Shown here one piece after another: positions 28,326 through 35,860 of a stretch of DNA of 64,000 nt; within the stretch, counting starts at the first letter, position 1, and each line of letters begins with the position of its first letter. Both the position numbers and the translations under genes were made by a program. The DNA is from Dehalococcoidia bacterium. Its GTDB lineage: Bacteria > Chloroflexota > Dehalococcoidia > DSTF01 > JACRBR01. The notes below the pieces were generated by a model. That model searched no databases and was not told the DNA's origin. It saw only the letters and a list, made by a program, of their open reading frames with translations. Location: NCBI GenBank assembly GCA_021462855.1, contig JAJTXQ010000067.1:2860-66859 (forward strand), given 5' to 3'.

Positions 28326-29075
28326 ATGCCGCTGCTCGGGCTGCACCTGACCGTCGCACGAGAGCTGGCGCACGAGCTCGCCTCGCCGGCCATCGACGCC
28401 GACCGCGGCGCCTTCTACCTGGGCGCGACGACGCCGGACATCCGCGTGCTCACGCGCTGGGACCGCGAGCAGACGCACTTCTTCAGCCTGAGCGAGTTCG
28501 GGGAGCAGGACGGCGTGCGTGGCCTCTTCGACTCGCAGCCGCAGGTCCGCGAGGCCGCGGTGCTGGATGCGCCGACCGCGGCGTTCATGGCGGGCTACAT
28601 CTCGCACCTGGTGCTGGATGAAGACTACATCTGCCAGGTGTACCGGCCGCTGTTCGGCGAGCAGTCATCGCTGCGCGGCGATGTGACGGCGAACCTGATG
28701 GACCGGCTGCTGCAGTTCGAGCTTGACCGGCGCGACCGCGACATGCCGGAGTGTGTCGAGGAGATCCGGCGCGCGCTCGACGAGACGGCGGTGCAGGTGA
28801 GCATCGGCTTCATTGCGCGGGAGACGCTGCTCGAGTGGCGAAAGATCTCCTGCGACATCATCCACAACCCGCCGACGTGGGACCGCTTCAGGCGGATCGC
28901 GTCGCACCACCTGGCGTCAGCGGGGATCGGCGACGAGGGACTCGAGCGGTTCATGGGCGAGGTGCCGTCCATGCTGCAGCGCACGCTTGACCACGTCGGC
29001 GCTGAACGCATCGAGGCATACCTGCAAGGGACACGGTCCCGCGCGCGGGCGGCGATCGAGGAGTACCTGTCGTGA
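28326..29075 (+). CDS. hypothetical His/Asp-rich metallohydrolase-like protein (resembles the Zn-dependent phospholipase C / P1-nuclease-like family) embedded in the his operon
   Basis: 249 aa: MPLLGLHLTVARELAHEL...GATTPDIRV...EQTHFF...GYISHLVLDEDY. The ATG is 2 nt after the hisG stop and its stop overlaps the hisD GTG (GTGA). The family call rests on pattern memory only. Confidence 0.8.
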   Translation: MPLLGLHLTVARELAHELASPAIDADRGAFYLGATTPDIRVLTRWDREQTHFFSLSEFGEQDGVRGLFDSQPQVREAAVLDAPTAAFMAGYISHLVLDEDYICQVYRPLFGEQSSLRGDVTANLMDRLLQFELDRRDRDMPECVEEIRRALDETAVQVSIGFIARETLLEWRKISCDIIHNPPTWDRFRRIASHHLASAGIGDEGLERFMGEVPSMLQRTLDHVGAERIEAYLQGTRSRARAAIEEYLS

Positions 29076-30424
29076 GGATCGTGCAGGGCGCTGACGAGGG
29101 CCGGCGCACGCTGTTGCGGCGCCAGCCGCTGGGCGAGACGACGCTGCCCGACGCGATCCGGCGCAAGAACGCGGCGCTGTTCGGCGCGGACCTGCCCGTC
29201 GAGCAGCAGGTGCGACGGATCCTCGACGATGTGCGGCGGGAGGGTGACGCGGCGGTCGCGCGGTACACGGCGGCATTCACCGGCCGCGAGCTCGCGCGGT
29301 TCGAGGTGCCACGGGCGGAAGTCGAAGCGTCGTACCAGCACGTGGCGGCGCCGCTCGTCGCGGCGCTGCGTGAAGCGGCGGAGCGCATCCGCGCGTACCA
29401 CGAGCGCCAGCGGGAGCACTCGTCGCGTTCGTTCAGCGAGGGCGGCATCGGCATGCAGGTGCGCGCGATCGAGCGCGTCGGGATGTACGTGCCGACGAGC
29501 CCGGGCGCGGTGTACCCGTCGTCGGTGCTGATGACGGCGATCCCGGCGCGCGTCGCCGGCGTGTCGGAACTGGTGATGATGACACCGGCCGGCGGCGACG
29601 GCGCCGTCGCGCCGCTCAAGCTCGTGGCGGCCGACATCGCCCGTGTCGACCGCGTATTCGCCGCGGGTGGCGCCGAGGGCATCGGCGCGCTCGCGTACGG
29701 CACGCAGACGGTGCCGCGCGTCGACAAGATCGTCGGGCCGGGGAACATCTTCGTCACCGTCGCCAAGCGCGAGGTGTTCGGCAGCGTCGGCATCGACGCG
29801 CTGTACGGCCCGAGCGAGACGATCGTCATCGCCGACGACTCGGCGAACGCGATGCTTGCGGCCGCCGACCTGCTGGCGCAGGCGGAGCACGACGAGCTGG
29901 CGACGCCGATCCTCCTCACGCCGTCGGCGGCTGTGGCCGAGGCGGTCGGCGTGGAGGTGGAGCGGCAGCTGCGCCTGCTCGAGCGCGGCGAGGTCGCGCG
30001 CACGTCGTTCGCCGCGCGCGGCGGCGCCGTGGTCGTCGCGTCGGTCGAGGAGGCGGTGGCGCTTGCGAGCGAGTACGCGCCGGAGCACCTGTGCCTGCTC
30101 GTGCGCGACGCGGCGGCCGTCGCGAAGACGGTGCGAAACGCGGGCGGCATCTTCGTCGGCGATGACGCGCCGGAGTCGCTCGGCGACTACACGGCCGGCC
30201 CGAGCCACGTCATGCCGACGGCGGGCGCCGCGCGTTATGCGTCGCCCCTGGGCGTGCACGATTTTCTCAAGGTGACGAGCGTCGTCGCCGTCGATGCGGC
30301 GACGCTGCGCCGGGCAGGGCCGGCGGCCGCGGCGATCGCGCGCGCCGAGGGATTCACCGCGCACGCCCGGTCGATTGAACTGCGCCTCGATGGCGGCGAG
30401 CGGGACGGCGGCGCCGCGAAATGA
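29072..30424 (+). CDS. hisD: histidinol dehydrogenase
   Basis: 450 aa with GMYVPTSPGAVYPSSVLMTAIPARVAGV, AQAEHDELA and DYTAGPSHVMPT. Confidence 0.95.
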   Translation: MRIVQGADEGRRTLLRRQPLGETTLPDAIRRKNAALFGADLPVEQQVRRILDDVRREGDAAVARYTAAFTGRELARFEVPRAEVEASYQHVAAPLVAALREAAERIRAYHERQREHSSRSFSEGGIGMQVRAIERVGMYVPTSPGAVYPSSVLMTAIPARVAGVSELVMMTPAGGDGAVAPLKLVAADIARVDRVFAAGGAEGIGALAYGTQTVPRVDKIVGPGNIFVTVAKREVFGSVGIDALYGPSETIVIADDSANAMLAAADLLAQAEHDELATPILLTPSAAVAEAVGVEVERQLRLLERGEVARTSFAARGGAVVVASVEEAVALASEYAPEHLCLLVRDAAAVAKTVRNAGGIFVGDDAPESLGDYTAGPSHVMPTAGAARYASPLGVHDFLKVTSVVAVDAATLRRAGPAAAAIARAEGFTAHARSIELRLDGGERDGGAAK

Positions 30425-31533
30425 ACCCGCGCTTCGACCTGCGCTCGCGGATCCGCCCGGACATCCTCGACATGCCGGGCTACGTGCCGATCGTCCCGAC
30501 CGACGTGCTTGCCGAGCGCCTCGGCATTGCGCCGGAAGCGATCCTGAAGCTCGACGGCAACGAGAACCCGTTCGGGCCGTCGCCTGCCGCGCTGCGGGCG
30601 ATCGCGACGGAACGCGGATACCACATCTATCCCGACCCCGACCAGCGGCGCGTGCGGGACGCGCTGTCCTCGCACCTCGGCGTCGCCGCCGCGCACATCG
30701 TCTGCGGGCTCGGCAGCGACGACCTGATCGACCTGATCTTGCGCGCGCTCGTCGTGCAGGGCGATGGCGTCGTGAACTGCCCGCCGACGTTCGGCATGTA
30801 CCCGTTCAGCACCGAGGTCGCCGGCGGGCGCGTCATCGACGTGCCGCGGCGTGAGGACTTCACGCTCGATATCGACGCGATTGCCCGCGCGGCCGTCGCC
30901 GCGAAGGTGATCTTCCTCGCATCGCCGAACAACCCGACGGGCAACCGCATGTCGCGCGATGACCTCGACCGGCTGCTCGCGCTCGACGTCCTCGTCGTCG
31001 TGGACGAGGCGTACATCGAGTTTGCCGGGACGGAGCACTCGTTCGTGACGCTGGTGCCGGAGCACGAGAACCTGGTCGTGCTGCGCACGTTCAGCAAGTG
31101 GGCAGGGCTCGCCGGCCTGCGCGCCGGCTACGGCGTCATGCCGAAGCTGCTCGCCGATGTGCTGATGCTGATCAAGCAGCCGTACAACCTGAACGTCGCC
31201 GCCGGCGTGGCGATGGTCGCGTCGCTCGGGGACGCGGAGTTGCTGATGGAACGCGTGTGCACGATCGCCGGGACGCGCAACCGGCTGGCGTCGCGCCTCG
31301 CGGAGCTCGACTGGATCGCGCCGTATCCGTCGGAGGCGAACTTCATCCTGTGCCGGCTTGACGGGGTGGATGCGCTCGAAGTCAAGGATCGGCTCGCCGG
31401 GGGCGGCATCTTCGTGCGATATTTCGATGCGCCGGCGCTGCGGAACCACCTGCGGATCAGCGTCGGGCTGGAGGAGCACAACGCCGTGATCATCGATGCC
31501 CTGCGACAGATCGGAGCCGAACTTGGCCGCTGA
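30421..31533 (+). CDS. hisC: histidinol-phosphate aminotransferase
   Basis: 370 aa with [24 protein letters not shown] and [16 protein letters not shown] (PLP lysine). ATGA overlap with hisD. Confidence 0.93.
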   Translation: MNPRFDLRSRIRPDILDMPGYVPIVPTDVLAERLGIAPEAILKLDGNENPFGPSPAALRAIATERGYHIYPDPDQRRVRDALSSHLGVAAAHIVCGLGSDDLIDLILRALVVQGDGVVNCPPTFGMYPFSTEVAGGRVIDVPRREDFTLDIDAIARAAVAAKVIFLASPNNPTGNRMSRDDLDRLLALDVLVVVDEAYIEFAGTEHSFVTLVPEHENLVVLRTFSKWAGLAGLRAGYGVMPKLLADVLMLIKQPYNLNVAAGVAMVASLGDAELLMERVCTIAGTRNRLASRLAELDWIAPYPSEANFILCRLDGVDALEVKDRLAGGGIFVRYFDAPALRNHLRISVGLEEHNAVIIDALRQIGAELGR

Positions 31534-32128
31534 GCGCCGCACGGCTCGCGTCGCGCGGGAGACGAAGGAGACGCGCGTCGAGGTCACGCTCGACATCGAC
31601 GGAGCGGGGCGCGCGAGTGCGAAGACGGGCATCGGCATGCTCGACCACCTGGTCGAGCAGATCGGCAAGCACGGGCTGTTCGACCTCGAGGTCAGCGCCA
31701 GCGGCGACCTGCACGTCGACGAGCATCACACGGTCGAGGACGTCGGCATCGCCATCGGCCAGGCGCTCGACCGTGCGCTCGGCGACCGGCGCGGAATCGT
31801 GCGCATGGCCGATGCGCTGGTGCCGCTCGACGAGGCGCTGGCGCAGGTGGCGGTGGACATCAGCGGGCGGCCGTACTGTTCGGTCGAGGCGGCGTGGACG
31901 CTCGACCGCATCGGCGAGTTGCCGGCGTCGCTCGTCGAGCACCTGCTCGGCGCGATCGCCGCCGAGGCGAAGCTGACGCTGCACGCACGCGTGCTGAAGG
32001 GCGAGAACGACCACCATCGCGCAGAGGCGATGTGCAAGGCGCTGGGGCGGGCGCTGTGCGCTGCAACGCGCGTGGACCCGCGCCGCGCTGGCGACGTGCC
32101 GAGCACGAAGGGCACGCTCGGCGGATAA
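31496..32128 (+). CDS. hisB: imidazoleglycerol-phosphate dehydratase (monofunctional, no HAD phosphatase domain)
   Basis: [16 protein letters not shown]...[16 protein letters not shown]...[14 protein letters not shown]...[16 protein letters not shown]. The start is ATG 31496 or TTG 31520, and both overlap the hisC 3' end. Confidence 0.92.
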   Translation: MPCDRSEPNLAAERRTARVARETKETRVEVTLDIDGAGRASAKTGIGMLDHLVEQIGKHGLFDLEVSASGDLHVDEHHTVEDVGIAIGQALDRALGDRRGIVRMADALVPLDEALAQVAVDISGRPYCSVEAAWTLDRIGELPASLVEHLLGAIAAEAKLTLHARVLKGENDHHRAEAMCKALGRALCAATRVDPRRAGDVPSTKGTLGG

Positions 32129-32176
32129 CCCCCGGCCCCAGGCGCCACCAACCCGAAGATCGCGACCCGGATCTCG

Positions 32177-32205
32177 TTGACAGGCGGCCGCACCCGTCCT
32201 ATGAT
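32177..32205 (+). promoter_or_regulatory. near-consensus sigma70-type promoter TTGACA-17-TATGAT
   Basis: TTGACA at 32177-32182, a 17-nt spacer, then TATGAT at 32200-32205. It sits 45 nt upstream of the diiron gene ATG, which has a GGAGGGAAAGGA SD. Confidence 0.55.
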
Positions 32206-32221
32206 TTAGCGGATGCTAAAT
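32204..32221. promoter_or_regulatory. AT-rich perfect inverted repeat ATTTAGC-GGAT-GCTAAAT overlapping the -10 and predicted +1 (candidate repressor operator)
   Basis: Read directly. This is a 7-4-7 palindrome in otherwise GC-rich DNA. Confidence 0.45.
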
Positions 32222-32249
32222 TACGCGTGGAGGGAAAGGAACGTGCGCA

Positions 32250-33341
32250 ATGGCCGTTGACAGAGACACGCTAACCATGCTCCACCGTGAGCCCGACCTC
32301 GCCGAGGACCTCGACCTGAGCTGGATGGATCAGACCGGCGAGCGCGGGTTGAGCGCGAAGCCGGGGCGCCGCGGCCTGACGCTCGAGGAGATCAACAAGG
32401 GCACGTACGGCGATGCGCCGGCGCGCGCGTGGGAAAACACGCTGGCGCCGCGCGGTGCGGCGCGGCGCGCCGGTGTGCCGCGCGCGGGGTACATGGTGCC
32501 CGCGAAGTCCGACATCTGGTCGGAGAACGCGGCGATGTTGTACGAGGAGGCAGTGCAGCGCCAGTGGAGCTCGGCGACGGACATCCCGTGGGACGAGCTG
32601 GCGCCGCTGCCGGACGACGTTGAGCGCGCGTACAGCCAGTTCTGCACGTTCCTCACCGAGGTCGAATTCATCGCCGGCGACACGCCGTCGCAGTGGCTGC
32701 CGCAGATCAGCAACGAGCACTACGAGGTGAAGATGTTCCTCGCCTCGCAGATCATGGACGAGGCGCGTCACCTCGACGTGTTCCGCAAGCGCGCGCTCGC
32801 GAACGGCGGCGGGCTGATGTCGTCGAGCGGGAACGCCGGCCTGCGCGTGATCATCGAGGCGAAGGACTTCACCGAGATGTCGACGATCATGCACGTGCAG
32901 GGCGAAGGCCTGGTGCAATCGATCTTCCGCATGGGCGAGTACATCGCGACGAACGACGCCGAGAAGCGGATCTTCCGGCTGTCAGCGCAGGACGAGTCGC
33001 GGCACGTCGCGTTCGGCGTGATGCACCTGAAGTACATCCTCGAAACCGAGCCGGAGCGGCGCGAGGAGATCCACGGCTACCTCGAAAAGGCCGAGCCGAT
33101 CATCGGCGCCGGCGTGGGGCAGGGGCCGGTGGCGGGCGGTTCGCCTATCTTCGGCGAGTCGCTGGGGATCCTGTTCAGCCACACGCTCGGCAGCCCCGAG
33201 GAGGGCGGCAACATGGCGCTCGCCGCGTTCCGCCGCCAGCTCAACGAGTACATGCACCGGCTCGAGGTCGCCGGCATGGGCGAGCGGCGCTATCGCCTGC
33301 CGGCGATGATCCAGGCGATCCTCGAACCGCCGAAGAACTAG
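32250..33341 (+). CDS. ferritin-like diiron-carboxylate protein (putative diiron oxygenase)
   Basis: 363 aa with two E-x(29-31)-ExxH units: E139...E171-A-R-H174 and E219...E249-S-R-H252. W-x-DIPW motif ahead of the helical bundle, plus a ~95-aa N-terminal extension. Confidence 0.85.
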   Translation: MAVDRDTLTMLHREPDLAEDLDLSWMDQTGERGLSAKPGRRGLTLEEINKGTYGDAPARAWENTLAPRGAARRAGVPRAGYMVPAKSDIWSENAAMLYEEAVQRQWSSATDIPWDELAPLPDDVERAYSQFCTFLTEVEFIAGDTPSQWLPQISNEHYEVKMFLASQIMDEARHLDVFRKRALANGGGLMSSSGNAGLRVIIEAKDFTEMSTIMHVQGEGLVQSIFRMGEYIATNDAEKRIFRLSAQDESRHVAFGVMHLKYILETEPERREEIHGYLEKAEPIIGAGVGQGPVAGGSPIFGESLGILFSHTLGSPEEGGNMALAAFRRQLNEYMHRLEVAGMGERRYRLPAMIQAILEPPKN

Positions 33342-33366
33342 CACAGACGCGCACATGCCCTGGGGG

Positions 33367-33395
33367 AACGAGGGCCGCCACGAGCGGCCCTCGTT
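33367..33395. terminator. stem-loop AACGAGGGCCGC-CACGA-GCGGCCCTCGTT after the diiron gene
   Basis: Perfect 12-bp stem, 26 nt after the stop. There is no U-tract. Confidence 0.55.
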
Positions 33396-33406
33396 GTGCG
33401 TCCCGG

Positions 33407-33569
33407 TCATCGACGCGTCGCGACGACGACGTCGGTGAGGTACGCCTTCGTGATGCGGCCGCCGTACTCTCGGTTCACCGCGCGGCGATGCAGACAGGCG
33501 GGCCGGGCGCGCGCGGTCGTAGAGATCGGCTATGGCATCGAACGTCGCGCGAAGTTCTCGGGACACCAC
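33407..33569 (-). pseudogene. relic of a class I SAM-dependent methyltransferase (N-terminal and C-terminal ends only, frameshifted)
   Basis: One frame reads VVSRELRATFDAIADLYDRARPA, a typical MTase N-terminus. A second frame reads AVNREYGGRITKAYLTDVVVATRR-stop, a typical MTase C-terminus. Only ~160 nt lie between start and stop. TATCCT-N6-GTG start signals are retained. Confidence 0.35.
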
Positions 33570-33588
33570 GTCAGGATAGCGTCCGCGA

Positions 33589-33831
33589 CTACTCGACTTC
33601 GAACCGGAAATCCTCGATCACGGGGTTCGCGAGGAGTTTGCGGCACATCTCCGTGACCTGGGCCTCGGCGGCGGCGCGGTCCGGCGCGTCGATGCGGATC
33701 TCCATGTACTTGCCGGCGCGGACGGAGTCGACGCCCGTAAACCCGAGCGAATGCAGTCCGCCGCGGATCGTCAGTCCCTGCGGGTCATTGACCGTCGGCT
33801 TGAGCGTGACGTAGACGCGCGCGAGAAACAT
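33589..33831 (-). CDS. purS: phosphoribosylformylglycinamidine synthase subunit PurS
   Basis: 80 aa: MFLARVYVTLKPTVNDPQGLTIRGGLHSLGF...VEDFRFEVE. Confidence 0.92.
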   Translation of the reverse strand: MFLARVYVTLKPTVNDPQGLTIRGGLHSLGFTGVDSVRAGKYMEIRIDAPDRAAAEAQVTEMCRKLLANPVIEDFRFEVE

Positions 33832-33837
33832 CGCCGC

Positions 33838-33843
33838 AGGATA
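33838..33843 (-). promoter_or_regulatory. -10-like TATCCT, 6 nt upstream of the purS ATG
   Basis: ccggTATCCTgcggcgATG on the minus strand. Confidence 0.45.
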
Positions 33844-33947
33844 CCGGCGGCTTCGCAGACGCGCACGATCTCGACATAACCACCGGCCGCGGCGCCGGCG
33901 ATGGCTGCTACGATGCGCGGCAAACGACACGCAGCGGGGGGAGGAAC

Positions 33948-34190
33948 ATGATCCGGTCAGTGAAGCACGCGCTCTCATCGGAACAGGGGCACGGCCAGCC
34001 GTTGCTGGGCATCGTGATCGGCGCGGCGGGCGCGATCATCCTCGCGATCGGCGCGGCGAACGACACGGGCGCGCTCGCCATCACCGGCGGGATCGTGCTG
34101 GCCGTCGGGCTGCTCGCGACGCTCTTGATCCAGCACATGTCGGTGGAGTGGGACATCTACCGCCGGCTGGAGGAGCTCGAGAAGAAGTAG
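33948..34190 (+). CDS. small two-TM membrane protein (hypothetical)
   Basis: 80 aa with a strong SD (GGGGGGAGG-aac-ATG). Two hydrophobic helices (LLGIVIGAAGAIILAIGAA, ITGGIVLAVGLLATLLI). Confidence 0.55.
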   Translation: MIRSVKHALSSEQGHGQPLLGIVIGAAGAIILAIGAANDTGALAITGGIVLAVGLLATLLIQHMSVEWDIYRRLEELEKK

Positions 34191-34197
34191 CGGCCGG

Positions 34198-35085
34198 CTA
34201 GCGCCCCTCCTGGCCGGTGAGCCGCCGGTACGCCTCGGCGTAGCGCGCGGCGGTGCCGGCGACGACCTCCGCGGGCAGCTCCGGCGGCGCCGACGCGCGG
34301 TCCCAGCCCGACTCCTTCGCGAGCCAGTCGCGCACGTACTGCTTGTCGAAGCTCGGCTGGGACTGGCCGGTCTTGTAGTCGCGGACATCCCAGAACCTGC
34401 TCGAGTCGGGCGTCAGCATCTCGTCGATGACGATGAGCTCATCGCCGAGGTAGCCGAACTCGAACTTTGTGTCGGCGATGATGATGCCGCGGCTCCGCGC
34501 GTACTCGGCCGCGAAGTTGTACAGGGCGACGCTGCGCAGGCGCAGCACCTGCGCCGGCTCCGGCCCCACCTCCTGGATGAGGTCGGACATGCTCATCGGC
34601 TCGTCGTGGCCTTCTTCGGCCTTCGTGGTCGGCGTGAACATGGGCTCGGCGAGCTGTTCGCTCTCGGTCATGCCTTTCGGCATGCGCACGCCATTCACGG
34701 TGCCGTACTCCTTGTACTCCGCCCACGCGGAGCCAGCGAGGTAGCCGCGGACGATGCACTCGACGTCGACGCGGCGCGCTTTGTGCGCGATCGTTGCGCG
34801 GCCGATGAGCTCCGGCGGCAGCGCGAACGGCAGGCCGTCGGCGGCCGTGCCGTCGGCGAGGCGGATGAAATGGTTGGGCACGACGTCGCGCGTGCGCTCG
34901 AACCACCATGCGGCCATCTGGCTCAGCACCTTGCCCTTGTCGGGGATGCCGGTCGGCAGCACGACATCGAACGCCGAGATGCGGTCGGTGGCGACGATCA
35001 GCAGCCGTTCGCCGAGGTCGTATGTCTCGCGGACCTTGCCGCGATAGGTGGGGTTAGGCAGCGGTGACTGGAGGATCACTGACAT
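34198..35085 (-). CDS. purC: phosphoribosylaminoimidazole-succinocarboxamide (SAICAR) synthase
   Basis: 295 aa with YRGKVRETYDLGERLLIVATDRISAFD and the long-type PurC architecture. Confidence 0.95.
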   Translation of the reverse strand: MSVILQSPLPNPTYRGKVRETYDLGERLLIVATDRISAFDVVLPTGIPDKGKVLSQMAAWWFERTRDVVPNHFIRLADGTAADGLPFALPPELIGRATIAHKARRVDVECIVRGYLAGSAWAEYKEYGTVNGVRMPKGMTESEQLAEPMFTPTTKAEEGHDEPMSMSDLIQEVGPEPAQVLRLRSVALYNFAAEYARSRGIIIADTKFEFGYLGDELIVIDEMLTPDSSRFWDVRDYKTGQSQPSFDKQYVRDWLAKESGWDRASAPPELPAEVVAGTAARYAEAYRRLTGQEGR

Positions 35086-35860
35086 GGGTCTGCTTCCTTG
35101 CTACGAGGTCGTAGTACAACAACGTCTGTCCGGCGACGGAGAACGGCAACACGAGCGCCGAGACGACGGCGACGACCGTGGCCTCGGCGAGCGGCGGGAG
35201 GGCGGCGGCAGCCGCGACGAGCATCAGCGGGCCCGCCTGCACCAGCGCGATGACGAGCAGGATGCCGAGCGTGCGCCACCATTGCCCGCGCACCGCGAAC
35301 GCGGAGTGGTCGAGCGCGCTCCAGTTCCGCTCATCGCCGATGACGACGGCCTGCGGCGCGAGCGCCCAGCGGACGGCGAGGTAGAAGGGGAGCACGAACG
35401 GGAGCAGGAGCCACCAGTCGCGGCGGCCGTCGATCGTGGCGTTGCGGCGCAGCAGCCACCAGATCGCGAGCCCGGGGAAGGCGAACAGCGACAGGAACGC
35501 CATCACGCCGGCGAGGAGCCCGGATGTCAGCAGCGCGGCGAACTTCGCGAGACCGACGTCGAGCGAGGCGCCGGCCTGCGGGAGCGCCGCGCCGCTGATC
35601 GCGTGGACGGCGAAGATAAGGGCGCCGCTTGCGACGAGGCCGACGAGCGCCTCGGGCAACTGGAATGCGACGCCGGCCCACATCGCCGCGTCGTCGGACG
35701 CGATCTGGCGCTGGACCACGGCGCTGAGCATCGCCAGCGGCGCTGTAACGAGCGCGATGAGGAACAGCGTGCGGAAGTGAGCGATGTAGATCCGGTACGC
35801 GTAGCCGATGATGGCGCCGAGGTCGTGCGTGCCGCGCAGGTCTACGCGCTGCTCGTTCAT
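35054..35860 (-). CDS. hypothetical polytopic membrane protein embedded between purB and purC
   Basis: 268 aa with about 6 hydrophobic helices. ATGA overlap with the purB stop, and its 3' end overlaps the purC start by 32 nt. Confidence 0.75.
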   Translation of the reverse strand: MNEQRVDLRGTHDLGAIIGYAYRIYIAHFRTLFLIALVTAPLAMLSAVVQRQIASDDAAMWAGVAFQLPEALVGLVASGALIFAVHAISGAALPQAGASLDVGLAKFAALLTSGLLAGVMAFLSLFAFPGLAIWWLLRRNATIDGRRDWWLLLPFVLPFYLAVRWALAPQAVVIGDERNWSALDHSAFAVRGQWWRTLGILLVIALVQAGPLMLVAAAAALPPLAEATVVAVVSALVLPFSVAGQTLLYYDLVARKQTHVSDPPVTAA

